Translations under genes and position numbers: made by a program
NCBI GenBank assembly: GCA_001179505.1
Contig: CDMY01000569.1
Location: forward strand, 1-49,573
From: Vitrella brassicaformis CCMP3155
Taxonomy: Eukaryota; Protista; Chromerida
DNA: 49,573 nt
Direction: 5' to 3'
Shown: positions 33,841-46,395 of the stretch, piece after piece
Position numbering within the stretch: position 1 is the stretch's first letter
Layout: every line of letters starts with the position of its first letter
Notes under the pieces: generated by a model
Told to the model about the DNA's origin: nothing
Databases searched by the model: none
Seen by the model: the letters and a program-made list of their open reading frames with translations, nothing else

Positions 33841-36800
33841 CAGCCAACTGTGTGTAGCGGTGGGTGATGTGCTTTGTGGACATCATGTGTGAGTGCTCCC
33901 TTCTACCCGCTTGCATGGCATGGGATTTGTGCCGGTGTGTTCGTTTTGTAATCGCTGGGCGCTGATTGAATGAAAAAATACTTGAATGACACACAACGAA
34001 GGCACACACGAGAGGTCTTGCTTGTATCCATGTACATCCATCCATCCATCCACACACACGCAATCACACGTACGCAACAAGGAAGCCAGGGCACAAGAAA
34101 CGCACGCACCACACACGGCGGGCCGGCAGCCAGCACACTGCACACGAGGCACGGCACGGACAGCTGTGTCTGTCAGTGATGTCAGTCAGTCAGTGACATA
34201 TATGAGCAGACAAGGGACCGGTTAGGTTAAAAAGGGCGTGGCGTATGTATGCACAGACAGACAGACAGACATGGATGTGCGTGTGTGTACACAGGCCATC
34301 GATCCGATCGAGGGAGGGGAGCAGAGATCTGACTGACTGAGGAGACAGACAGACAGACTGAGCCCTCAGAGAGCAACAACCTACCTAAACCTACCTTGCG
34401 TACGCACCGCCCGCACCGGACGCACAACACAACACAGCGCACGAGGGCAAGCAGCAACAACACCACACACACAACAAACACCGTACGTACGTACATAAAT
34501 AAACAGCATCGATCTGCATTCCATTGCACGCGTCTTCACGTCGTAGGTGTGGCATACACACGTAAGTAACGTACGTAGTCAGGCAGGCATCTCAGGGCAT
34601 GGAATGGCATGGAATGGCGTGGCATGTTGTGTGTGTGTGTGGATGGATGGATGTGTGTGTGTGTGTGTGTGTGTGTGTCCGACGAGCAAACACTCATGTC
34701 AGAGATCGCTCTTGGCCAGAGAGCTCAAACGATTATGTGGATGAGCCAGTGGGTCAGTGGATGTGAGTGAGAGAGGGGAGCCGCGTAGCCAGCGACGAGC
34801 CGCGCGAGTGAATTGACAAAAGACAGCTGGGCGGGCGGGCAGCATTTCGACCGACGACAAAAGATCGGTCGCGTACACAGTCAAATGGGTCTGTCTGTGT
34901 GTACGTGCGTACCAAGGGAAGGAAGACAACACAACTTGTGAGGGTCTTTCTGGCGCTTGCAACCTACGGCAGGCAGACATCGCTACAGATCGCTCTCTGT
35001 CTGTCTGTCTGTCTACATGTCCGTGAGGGAGTGCCAGGAAGAGCCCCTCTCCTCTCTCATCATCGCTCCCCATGTGCCATCCATCCATCCATCCATTGAC
35101 CACCATGTGTGCATGTGCCTTTAAAGTACATGCTTCGCCCGCGACCACCAACCACAAGGCCACGCCCTCCTGCCCCTGATCACCCCAGCACGGTCGACTC
35201 TCCAGCATACCTTTGGCTGTCTGCGCCACAAACCAAACACACACGCGCCCTTACCATCACCTCCCCTCACTCTACGCATCCACTGCTGCCTGCCGGTGGC
35301 GCGAAAAAGAGACAGTAGGGCCGTTCGTGCCATGCACACACTGATGGGATGGATGGATGGATAACAAGACATCCATACTGTACACTCATCACATCACATC
35401 ACCATGCCATGCCATGCCAGCCCGGCATATCTTGTCAGCTCAGCCGCTCCCCATTCCTCCCTCCCTCCCTCCCTCCCCGCCCTCGCTACACAACAAGGAA
35501 AAAGGTCAACGACTGTAGATCGATCGACGAAGAGTGGGCGTCTGTCTGACCTCCTGCACTGCACTCAGCAGCATCCCTTCCCCCGTCTCACTCAGTTAGT
35601 CACTCAGTCACTCACCTACTCACTCAGTCAGTCAGTCAGTCATGCATCCACTAGGTCCACTAAGCCAGGGGCATGCCCCATCGAGTCGCGTCTCTGGCGT
35701 GTCGCTTCAGTCACTTAAGCGAGCGTATGGGCCAGAGAACACAAACACGACGGCGGGCGCCATCACGCATCCATCCATCCATCCATCGCATGTACACCTT
35801 CGAATTGCTAGTCAGTCAGACGAGTGAGTGAGTGAGTGAGCGAGTGTACCTACGGTTGCACGGGCCTCCTAGCCTGGTTGGAAACTAGGGGCCATCCAAT
35901 CCATCCATCCATTTATGACGGTCCATCCATCGAGGCCGATCACTAAGATCGTTCATTCACCGAGAGTGAGTGAGGGGGGAAGGGTCGGGGAGACATCACA
36001 TCAGAGGTGAGTGAGGGAGGGAGAGAGGGAGGAAAAAGGCCCAGCTGCACGGGAGGGACCTGTCTGTCCGTCCGTCTGTCAGCCCATCGATCGGATCGAG
36101 ATTCAACAAATTATCATGAAGACAGGGAGGGGCATGCACGCAGAGACACACATCCGTACGTACCGTACACACGCACCGACCTACCCAGACACGTCAAAAG
36201 GCGACAAAACACCACACGCGCATCTCATTTGGAGACATCGAGATGGACCCGTCGGTGTGTCTGCCTTGTGAGGGGGGATGGAAAGGAATGACGATGTCGT
36301 GTGCGGCAGACATCCTTTGAGTCACAGTCCTGCCAGCCGACTGTTCCTCAGACGATATCTACTACGACATGACATGCCACTCCTTCCCCCGCAGCAGCAC
36401 CTGGGTCGAGCTGAGCTCGATCGAATTCCGTCCGTCCGTCCGTCCGTCCGTCCTTAAAAGCAAACACGGATAGATAGATACATACCCAGATCGATCTCCT
36501 GCATACGCACACACACATGGACACATGAATGCATACCCGTACGGTACAGTACACGCATTGAAAGCAAGTGAGGGTGCCAGAGAGTGAGAGAAAGTGGGTG
36601 GTGTGGTGGACCGTCCATCCATGCAGCCATCCATGCATTCATGCATCCAGTCAGCCATACCAGAGAGCACACAACACATTAGCGTTAGGATGCCAATCCA
36701 GAGAACACACAGACACCCAGATAGACAGACAGGCAGCCACGACTGTATACATACACACATACACGAATGCACACAGCAGCGACAATCTCTCCCCATGTGC

Positions 36801-38400
36801 CCAGCAGCGACAATGGTGAGCGGTTGTTCCCTCATCTGTCGGTGGGCCAGCGGGGAGGAAATGGCGGGGCCGGGCGGTGAAGTGACAATGAATGAGCGAG
36901 GGAAAGAAAGCACGTAAATACATACCTACCTTACCGTGGTCTGTCTACCCACGTATGTACGGATATATGTACGAACGCATGTACGTACGTATGTGTGTAT
37001 GTATGTGTGTACATATGTATGTATGCATGCATAGCCTCCGTGTTTGCGGGGCCTGGCTGAGCTGAGCTGAGCTGGGCAGGTGGCAAAAAGCAACGGGCAA
37101 TCAGTGCACTGCCTTTATTGTATTGGGGATCAAACAAGGAGACAAGGGGGTCGGAGGCTCACACACAAATGGCCTCGGTCACTCTGTCTGCCTGGTAGCT
37201 AAGCAGTGGGTGCATGTCAGTCAAGTCACTCACGTCAGGTACTCTGACTGGTGGTTGTGTGTGCGCGCTGTGCTGCTCACTCGTTGGTGCTGTGCTGCAT
37301 CTCACACGCAGACACACTCGCTGGCTGCAAGTGGGTGGGGTGGGATCACTCAGTGAGTTAGCAAGTCAGTCTAGTAAGTGTAGTCTTCGTATGAACATGT
37401 AACTCCGCCGTGAATTTTCTTCAGTCAATCCATCGGCCGACCTTTGGTCCTTTGATGTCTGTCTGTCTGTCAGCGTCTCTCTCCACCCTCCCGGCCAACC
37501 GTCCGCCCATCCGTCAATTTGTCTGTCCGTCCGCCCAGCCATGGCGCTATCCTGCCAGTCCAAAAATAGGCGGTGATCGATCGATCGATGTAGCCCACAA
37601 TCTTGCGTACATGGGTGGATGCAGGGGAAATGAACAACCAGCCAGCCAGCCAGCCAAGGTGACCACCGACCGACCCAAGAAGGCAACAACCACACAGCAA
37701 GAAAACACCCGTCCGTCCATCCGTCCTCCCTCCCTCCCTCCCTCCCTCTCTCCACTCCTCTCTGCCGCATCGCATGAGACTAGGCAAACAGACGACCGAC
37801 CCCCTCGAGCTCAGCTGGCTATCGACATCGATCACACACACACACACACACGGACAGACAGACAGCAAGTGAGTGAGTGAGTGAGCGAGTGAGTGATAGA
37901 CATATGTACGTATGTACGTATGCGTATGTACACTTCCCAGCTGTACATATTGCATACATACATACCTACAGCCGCCCCGAAAAGAAAGCCAGCCAGCCAG
38001 CCAGCCAACCAGCCCCGGCCCCAGGAGTGAGTGAGCAGCAGGGAGACTGACTGACACACAGTGAGTGAGGTAAGGGAAAGAAAGATCTCAGGAGGCGTAC
38101 ACGCGGATGGTGGGAATCATGTGTCGGTCGGATGCGTGGGCGATGCTGTGCTTTGCTGCGCTGTGCTGTCCTGTCTGTGATGCGGCCAGCTCTGGATGCA
38201 CATGTCGGCAAAAAGAAAGGACGCATGGTTGCTTGCCGCGCGTGGGGTCTCATGCTAACCTTGCGCACACTGCACCCACATTCATGGGCATGCCCACTGC
38301 CTTGCTTGCAAGTCTCTCGTCTGTGATTTGGTTCCCGACGACAAGCCAATTCAGCAAATCGACCACTCACACGCACACGCGTACACACGGATCCATCAGG

Positions 38401-38815
38401 CAGGTGGTGAAAGCAGCGCTAGGTTAGACAGAGTGAGTGTAAAGGTAAAAAGCTCGGTGAAAAGCTCCTGGTGGAGGGAGGCAGCGAGGCCGCCGGCAGA
38501 CAAGAGCGCAGCCTCTCAAGACACGGGAAAGAGTGAAAGACGGAAGTCAGAGAACGAGTCTGTCGATACCGACTTGACAAACGATGTAAGGTGATGGGAT
38601 ATACACACATGAACGCACACACACATACAAAGAAATGGCTGGTGCTTTCGTGGCTGCAAGGACGGGCGTGTGAATGGATGGATGGACGAATGGGTCGGTG
38701 TGTTGGTGGGTCTGTCTGTCTGCCCGCTCCGTACAGTCAGTCAGTGTGGAACGAGAATCCCCGTGTGTGTGTGCAGCATTCACCGCATCAACACCAACAC
38801 CAGCGGCAGCAGTAG
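38401..38815 (+). other. Possible cryptic exons (coding or lncRNA) inside the microsatellite region
   Basis: Repeat-free island about 38420-38585 with an open frame (...SERRKSENESVDTDLTND), a strong donor gtaagg at 38586, and a downstream acceptor gtgtgcag giving HSPHQHQHQRQQ* (38777-38815). No homology recognised. Confidence 0.2.
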
Positions 38816-39726
38816 TGTACAGATCATCCCCTTCAACCGCCGCTCCACCCACACATCCACCCATCCAACCAACCAACGGCAGGGAATGATTGAATAGAAA
38901 TAACCCGCCAGCCAGACACACACACACACAGCCAGCTAGGCAGCCCGGCAAACACACAGCCCCATCCATACATACAGCTTGTCTGCCCCCCTCCCTCCCT
39001 CCCTCCCTCCCTCCCTGATTGATTAGGTGTGACGTAAAGGCTGTAGGTGCTGTGTACGTCGTACTTGGCACAACCAACTACGCAAACAGGCATCGCATCC
39101 TGTACGTACCTCTCTCTCTGTCCATCGACATCTCGCAGAAAAGGCAGGCAGGCAGTCGTTCAGAGGTCAGTGTGAGCGAGATAGCAAGCGAGACAGTGAG
39201 TGGCTGAGCGAGTGTGTGCCCGCTTGTGGCCGTCCAGGCAGGGAGGCAGGAAACACCGGCCGCTAGCCATGTGTTGGAGACGCTCTGTGGTCTCCGGCCA
39301 GCAGCCACCCCACCACACACCACACCAGACCAGCATGCACGGCCATCACGCAAGCAAGCAAGCCAGGGCACAACACGCTCATCCAGTCGATGGGCGCGTA
39401 TGTACGCAAGATCGAGTCGACGGTAAAACAAGCACGACAAACATCAGACAGACCTGTGAACGGCTTCACAGAGTGTCCATTCATTCATTCATTGGCTCAT
39501 TCCCATGTCAGGTGAGTGACATGACATCCATGCTTTACTTAGACAGACAGACAGACAGGCCGATCGGTGATGATTGCGTACTTAAGTACATATACACATC
39601 CACACATCCACAGACACGTACACACATGCAACACACGGATGGCAGACACATAACACAATACATACACACGTAGAAAGATGGAATGAATGAATGAAAACGG
39701 ACCGATCGATCCCCTCGGTGCCTCCC

Positions 39727-40026
39727 NNNNNNNNNNNNNNNNNNNNNNNNNNNNNNNNNNNNNNNNNNNNNNNNNNNNNNNNNNNNNNNNNNNNNNNNNN
39801 NNNNNNNNNNNNNNNNNNNNNNNNNNNNNNNNNNNNNNNNNNNNNNNNNNNNNNNNNNNNNNNNNNNNNNNNNNNNNNNNNNNNNNNNNNNNNNNNNNNN
39901 NNNNNNNNNNNNNNNNNNNNNNNNNNNNNNNNNNNNNNNNNNNNNNNNNNNNNNNNNNNNNNNNNNNNNNNNNNNNNNNNNNNNNNNNNNNNNNNNNNNN
40001 NNNNNNNNNNNNNNNNNNNNNNNNNN
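39727..40026. other. Assembly gap (300 N) flanked by C homopolymer
   Basis: N run followed by C13 (40027-40039). Confidence 0.99.
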
Positions 40027-41131
40027 CCCCCCCCCCCCCTCTCCCCTCCCAGAAACGCCATGCACCTATGCTAGGGGCATGATGGACTGCACAGCACGGC
40101 ACAAGCAGCGATCGACCAGTATCATCGGTACCTGGCCAATCAGCCACAAACCGTGCCATTCCTCCGCCCATCCACTCACACACACTCACAGATGCACGCC
40201 ATGGATGGATACATACATAGATACATACATGCGTAGACGCGACGCACAAGAGAGGCACCGGGCGGCAATGACAGAAACGCTGCCCTGCCACCCCTCTGCT
40301 CCCTCCTTCCCTCTCTCGTCAGCTCGCCCGTTCGGGCGTCTTGTCTATCTGTGGCTCGTGATAGTCTATGGATGGATGGTACACACCACCGGCACCCACG
40401 CCACGCACTGCACACAATCCACACAATGCAGCCGTGCCATGCCACGCCATGCCATGCCGTTCCACCAGACTAAAAAAGTCGTCACGTCAGTAAGTCATTC
40501 ATTGAGTCAGCGTTAGGCAGGTAGGCAAGCTGGGCCGCCGCTACCTTCCCCACCGCTCTCGGGGAAGTCGCGACAGACACAGCCAGACGTATACATACAG
40601 ACAGAAAGACGACCGGCCAGCCAACTGGTCTGCTGGCCAGCCGTGGATACAGTGATCGAGTGACTGTGGATGGATGGATGGATGATGAACGGGCAGCCAG
40701 ACGGACAGACGGACAGGCAGGCAGGTTGGCAGGTTGGCAGGCAGGCATACATACACTCATCCAGACGGACGGACAGACACCTTGACTCACCTCTCTCCTT
40801 AACCACAAATAGCGGCCGGACGGACACTCACACCCGTTTGGCACTCAATCACTCATTAACACAAAACACACAACCGACACCATACGCCCACACACACACA
40901 CACATGGCCCACGGGACGGCAGATGACTGACGCAACGGCATGGCACGACGCGGCCCCTACGTACGTACGTTGGTACGTATGTATATGCCACATATGCTAT
41001 ATACCATTCCCTCCCTCCCTCCCTCCCATCCCTCCCAGTCAGTCCCAGATTCCTAGCCATCCAGCTAGCTAGCTCGCTAGGTCCCTAGCTACACATAACT
41101 ACAACCATCCGACCAACCAAGCACACCATGA

Positions 41132-43961
41132 TCACCTCCCCCCTCCCTCGGTGGGTGTCTCGGGGTGTCGCGGAGCAGCACCGCCCTCTTGCTCCTCCTG
41201 TGCAGTGGACTGCATGTCCAGGGCCGCGTCGGCCGACTGAAAACCCGTCGCCTCACACTCAGGCACCGCCGACGGGCCCTCCCGCCTGGCGTCCTGCATC
41301 CTCGGCTGACCGATGACCCCAAAGCCGACGTGGCCCTGCTTGATCCTCTCGAGCCTCGAGTGTCCTGGCTCCGACACCTGTGGGCGGAGTGGCAGCGACA
41401 GCCGCATGGCGGCGTGGTGCACGAACGTGGGCAGCGCGAGAGCGCCTTCATCAAACTCGACACTCTCGCGCCGGTTGGGCAGGGCCGCCACGGCCGCTGC
41501 TGTGGTGCCCTCGGTGTCGCCCCCCGCAATGGGCCCGAATGTGCCTGTGGTGCCCTCAGGCCCCTCGGCGGTGCTCAGGCTGGCGATGGAGCCCTCGCTG
41601 TGGGAACGCCGCAGGGTGAGAGCCGTGCCCCTGACACGGGCAGTGGGGCTGCTGCCGTCCATGGCCGCACAACCCGTGACGTTGCCGCACGGCCCGCCAA
41701 ACATGAGGGAGGTGGTGGTGGGTCCGTTGGCCGAGCCGCCGCTCTGGTAGGACGTGTGGCCCTCACTCCGGCCGGTCACACCGCCCGCAGGGCCATCGGT
41801 GGAAGACGGTAGCAGCGACAAAGGCACCGTGCTGTGCTTGGGAGTGAGCCCCTGCTGCTGATGGAGGGACAGCTGGTGCGGCCCCACGAAGGGCAGACGG
41901 CCGACGGGGTGGATGGGCGGGGTGGGTGGGTCGACCATGGCTGGGAGGGAGGTGGGCGGGGCGCCCTTGTGTGGGAGTGAGGGTGGGCTGGTTCCCATGG
42001 TGTCGAAGGGCTCGTTGCTCATGGGGGGCGTCATCATGGCCACCGCACTGCTGGCAGGCGCGCGGGTGGATGAATGATGGCTGTCACCGCCCACTGACGA
42101 CGCCGTGCGACCCGTGGCAGCGTCCTGGTCGGTTGCTGGCGACACGCGGCCCCCGCCGATGTTGAGGTCGCGCAGCTCCCTGCGTGTGAGTGGCACGAGG
42201 AAGGGGGCGTAGATGATGGGGACCCTGGGTGGGTACTGGAAGGGCGGTGCGTCCTCCTCGGAGACGCCAGGGGGCAGGCGGGAGACGAAGTACCGGTACG
42301 AGGCCTGGGCGTGCCAGCTCAGGTAGAGTATGTTGAGCTGCGGGGGCGCCTCGAACAATAAACGTGTCTTCTGGTAACTCTCCTCATCTACCAACTGCAG
42401 CCAGCGACACAAACACACACACGAGAGATAGATGGCCACTCGACTGACTTGTGGATTGTGGCAGGATGTGTCGTGTTTGCGTACCTTTGGTGGTTCGAGT
42501 ATTTTGGTGTCTGGTAGTGGCGGGAACCGCACCGACTGGACGACGAGGTGGTTGTGGGGGTCGACGAACAGGCGACACAGGTCGCTGAAGGCCGTCGAAC
42601 CCAGCAGGTTGCGGAGCTTGCTGAACTGAAACACGCTCGGACACAGCGACACGCGAAACCTGATAGATAGCCATACACAGACAGACAATACACACAGAGA
42701 GATGGATGGAGTGAACAATGTTGGTCGATCGATGCGCATCTTGGTATAGCTATATGCTGTAGGTACCTACCTTCCGACGAGTCGCTTTTTGAGTTGTGAG
42801 AGGAGCAGGCCCCTGGGGTTGTCGAGTAGGAGGCTGTGGACGTACCGCCGCGCGGCCGATATGTCTGTGACGAAGGGCACGCCGCCCTCGGCCTCCTCCA
42901 ACTCCTCCAGGTTGCCGCCCAGCACTGCAAATGACGCACCGATCTTGCCCTTGCACGCACCGATCGGCTGCAGAATACTGATATCCATACACACACACAC
43001 ACAGACAGACACGCAAGAAACAAACGGTGAGAAGGAGTGTTTCACCGGTCTGATGTGTAGTGTCGTGTAGTGTGGGATGCCTGCCTTACTTGTTCTCATA
43101 GGCGAGTAGTCCTTTGGCGATGGCGAGTTGTACGATGTGGCAGACCCTGCCGAGGCTGAGGTCGTTGAGACAGGCCGGGCCGTGCTGCTTGAGCTCCTTG
43201 GCCATCCCGTACCGCCCGCCCTTGAACTGGTACGGCCGCAGGCCGGGAGGGCCCATCGTGTGCGGGAACGCCGCCGCTGCCGCCGCCTGGCCCTCTGTCA
43301 GCCGCACGGCGTGGTAGGTGCCCGTCAGCATCAGCTGGCAGAGGTATGACGACAGGGCCTGCCACAGCGAGGTGTCGTAGGGGTCGTCTGGGCTCTTGGC
43401 GTCGACCCATCCCTTAGACCATGCAGGAGGGGGGTCGAGCTCGACGCTGTGCTGACCGCCGCGGGGGTCCCGGATGACTCGGTAGCCCGGCAAGGCCTCG
43501 TAACACAACAAAAAATTCGACAGGATCATGTCCGACGCGCCCCTCTCCTTGAGCCGCCGATGCAGGTCGTCGCTGGTCGGCTGGATCTCGTCACGATACA
43601 GACTCTCGACAGCGTCACGAAGGAGCTGCTGGTCGACCGGGGTCAACGTGAGGGTGTTGCTGCTGCTGGCAGGGGGCGCCTGTTGCTGCTGCTGCCGCTG
43701 CTGTTGGTGGGGTGATGGCTGCTGCAGCTGCGACTGGGGTGGAGGTGTGGGTGCGGCGGGCGGCAGGGAGGGCGACATGGGTGGGGGAGGAGGCGGCTGG
43801 GTGGCCATCATGCCACCGCCACCACCGGCAACAGCAGCGGTCTGTGTGAATGAGGGCGGTGAGGTGATGTGGTGGTAGTGGTGGGGTGGGGAAGGGCCTC
43901 CCGCCGTCACCGACCCAGGAGGCCTCCGCCCGCTGGGGTACTGACGGGATGAGGAGGACAT
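41132..43961 (-). CDS. OST-HTH-associated (OHA) + OST-HTH/LOTUS domain protein with P/Q-rich N-terminus and low-complexity tail
   Basis: OHA-type segment LLRDAVESLYRDEIQPT...LHRRLKER...GWVDAKSPDDPYDTSLWQAL...GGRYGMAKELK...LSLGRVCHIVQLAIAKGLLAYEN. LOTUS-type segment SLLLDNPRGLLLSQLKKRLVG|RFRVSLCPSVFQFSKLRNLLGSTAFSDLCRL. ATG at 43961, intron donor at 43089, stop at 41132-41134. Apparent spliced 5' UTR exons at about 44087-44168 and 44367-44510. Confidence 0.75.
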
Positions 43962-44509
43962 CACAAACGACGCAGAAAAAGACGGGGACTCCACGATGAC
44001 GTCAACGACCTGACAGACAGACGGATCAGACAACCCGACGCAAGCAGAGGCAGCGAAACGACAACCGATGAGGCAGGCTGATCCGACCCTCTGAAGTCAG
44101 TCCTGCTGCTGTCCTGTCGGTAGGTATGCCTAGCTCGTGTAGCGTTCCTTCCTGTCTGTTCTGTCTTCCTACACGTCACGGGTGTTCTGTCTGCGATTGG
44201 ATCGGGGATGACGTCACCACGACGCCACCACCTCTCGCCTGACCTCCTGTCTCACCCACTTCCCTCCCTGCGTGATGACGTGTGCCTGGAAGACAGACCT
44301 TCCTGCTTCTCTCTGGCAACGCACCCCCTCCCTCCCGCACTGTACGTGCCCGTGTGTGTGGCTCACCTTGGTAGGAGGACTGGGAGTGAGGTTCTTGACC
44401 GACAAGACCGCTAGACAACCAGAGGGGGAACACACACGAGGCGAAGTTGAGGGTCAGACTCTCTGCGCCGTGTCGTTTGACGCAGTTGACTGTCGCTGAG
44501 ATATTGGAC

Positions 44510-44671
44510 ACGCCTTTTTTCTCTTCTCCTTTCCCTCTCGTTTTCGCACCTCCTTCGAATTGAGCGAGCTAAGCCAGTTAGGGACTTCGCGAAACGATTC
44601 TAACCCTAGACCCAGAAACCCTAAGAATCGACCCGTATCTATTTCTTTCCGTGCAACGGCGATCAGCAATC
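44510..44671. promoter_or_regulatory. Putative bidirectional promoter with telo-box-like motifs
   Basis: GTTAGGG 44577-44583, TAACCCTAG 44601-44609 and AAACCCTAA 44616-44624 lie between the predicted 5' UTR of the LOTUS gene and the ZIP4 ATG (44672). Confidence 0.45.
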
Positions 44672-46362
44672 ATGACGTCGACCGTGCGGTTTGAGGGTGA
44701 GGAGATCTTCGCAGCCGCCCGCTGCAATTGATCATCGTCATTACTCGTGTCCATCTGCCTGCAGATGCGTTGCGACAGTTGACGGGCCTTCTCGGCGATG
44801 GCGGCGGGAGTGTGGATGAGGCCCGTCTGGCGGAGGTGCTGGGCGTGGTGCTCGACCAGGAGGTCATCAACGCCGTGTCGGCCTCCCTCGACCCGCCGCA
44901 GCTGCTGCAGAAGTCCTACATGGTGTGGAACCTCACTGTCAGCGCCGGCAAGGACAAATCATCACTGGCGCCCATCAAAGAGGCACAAGGTGGGGGGGTG
45001 GAGGAGAACAGAGGGCGGGCAAATGGGATGGAGGGGTGCCGCGTGTTTCTCAGTTCGAGATCTGGCGGCCAGGCTGGCGTTCACGGCCCTCAAACGCAGC
45101 CCGGACGGGTTCTCACACAAGTCGGTCAAAAGGCACATGGATGGATGGATGGCTGAAGGGCTGGCTCCCTCATGGTCTGTGTGTCACGTGTGTCAGGGAC
45201 TATGTGAATGTGGTCCGCATCCACGCCAAGACGGGTCAGGTGTTCCTCCAGCTCCGCATATTTCAAGAGGCAGAACTCTCACTCGAACGCGCCACCAAGG
45301 TCAACCAGACAGACACACCTCCCGCCAGCACTGTCCATGCACACACACCACACCACACGACCGATGGATGGCTGATGAATGATGTGTCTCGTCTTGTCTG
45401 GAGGTAGGTCTGGGATGAGTTGCGTGGCAAGTTCAGTGCGTCGGACATCAGCGCGGTTCTGCCCGACGACAAGAAGGCAGAGACCATCTCGTCCATACTC
45501 AAGAGGTAAAGAGCAGCACACAACCCGCTACAGCGTGTCTGTGGGTGTGGATGTGTGTGGATGTGTGTGGATGTGTATGCGGATGTGTGTGGATGTGTAT
45601 GCGTGTCAGCCGTTCTGAGTTGGCTTTTCAGATGGACCAGCCGGAGGCCGGGCTGCGATACCTATTCTCGGTAGACATGCAGGCTGCTGGCTGGAGCATT
45701 GGGTGCTGCGGGGGGCGGGGCACATTAATGTGTGTCCTTGGGTGGTGTGTGGTGTGCAGGTCAAGGACTTCATCGGCTCTGCACCGCTCGAGGTCCGTTC
45801 GACACACATACGCTCATCATACAGCAATGCAGAACAGCATGTCCGTTCTCAATCCCAATCCCACCTTACCCTTTCAGATTGAGAAGTTCTTCAACGTCTG
45901 TTTCAACCATGGCAAGAGCCTGTTCAACCGCTCCAGAGCTGACCTGGTCACTCACCACCCACCTCAACACACACAGACAGACAGCCTTAGAGACTGCCCA
46001 CTCCATAGATGGCTTACTTCTTGTGTGTGTGTGTGCAGGCCCTGCAGGTGATCGATCTGGGCCTCAAGGCGCTGGATCACCTGAGTGCTGAGGTGCGCAA
46101 GGATCTCGCCCGGCAGGAGGCGGTGGGGCTGCGACTCGCGGCCGCATGCTGCCTGACGGCCGGCTCGCGTGGCCTGGCTGTGGAGCGGTGTCGCAAGGCG
46201 TCCTCTCTCGAACCGCCCGACACACCCACGTTTCTGCGGTCGCTGTTCCTGCTGCTCAAGTGCCTCACCAAACCCATCGAAAAAAGCGCATCGGACGGAG
46301 AGAGGTAGATATTCACATTCACATGCACATGCACCGACGCTTCTCTGCTGTGTGTCCATCTC

Positions 46363-46395
<33 letters not shown>

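Larger units (their letters stand above)
33850..41100. repeat. About 7 kb microsatellite-dense non-coding region
   Basis: Dense short arrays of (GGAT/ATCC)n, (GACA/TGTC)n, (GAGT/ACTC)n, (GGGA/TCCC)n, (GCCA)n, (GTAT)n, (CA)n, (CATGC)n and gatcgatc palindromes. ORFs here translate to repeat-derived peptides (VCVCV, GWMDG, DRQTDRQ). Confidence 0.85.

Noticed and set aside
39535-40291. ORFs spanning the second N gap
   Set aside because: Artefacts of translating N.
33850-41100. Many 60-190 aa ORFs and possible CRISPR-like or satellite arrays
   Set aside because: The peptides are direct translations of 2-5 bp microsatellites. There is no constant 23-47 bp repeat with unique spacers, and the context is eukaryotic.
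41165-41812. 215-aa plus-strand ORF antisense to the LOTUS gene tail
   Set aside because: GC-rich shadow frame with no domain signal. It would be revisited only if stranded RNA-seq shows an antisense transcript.
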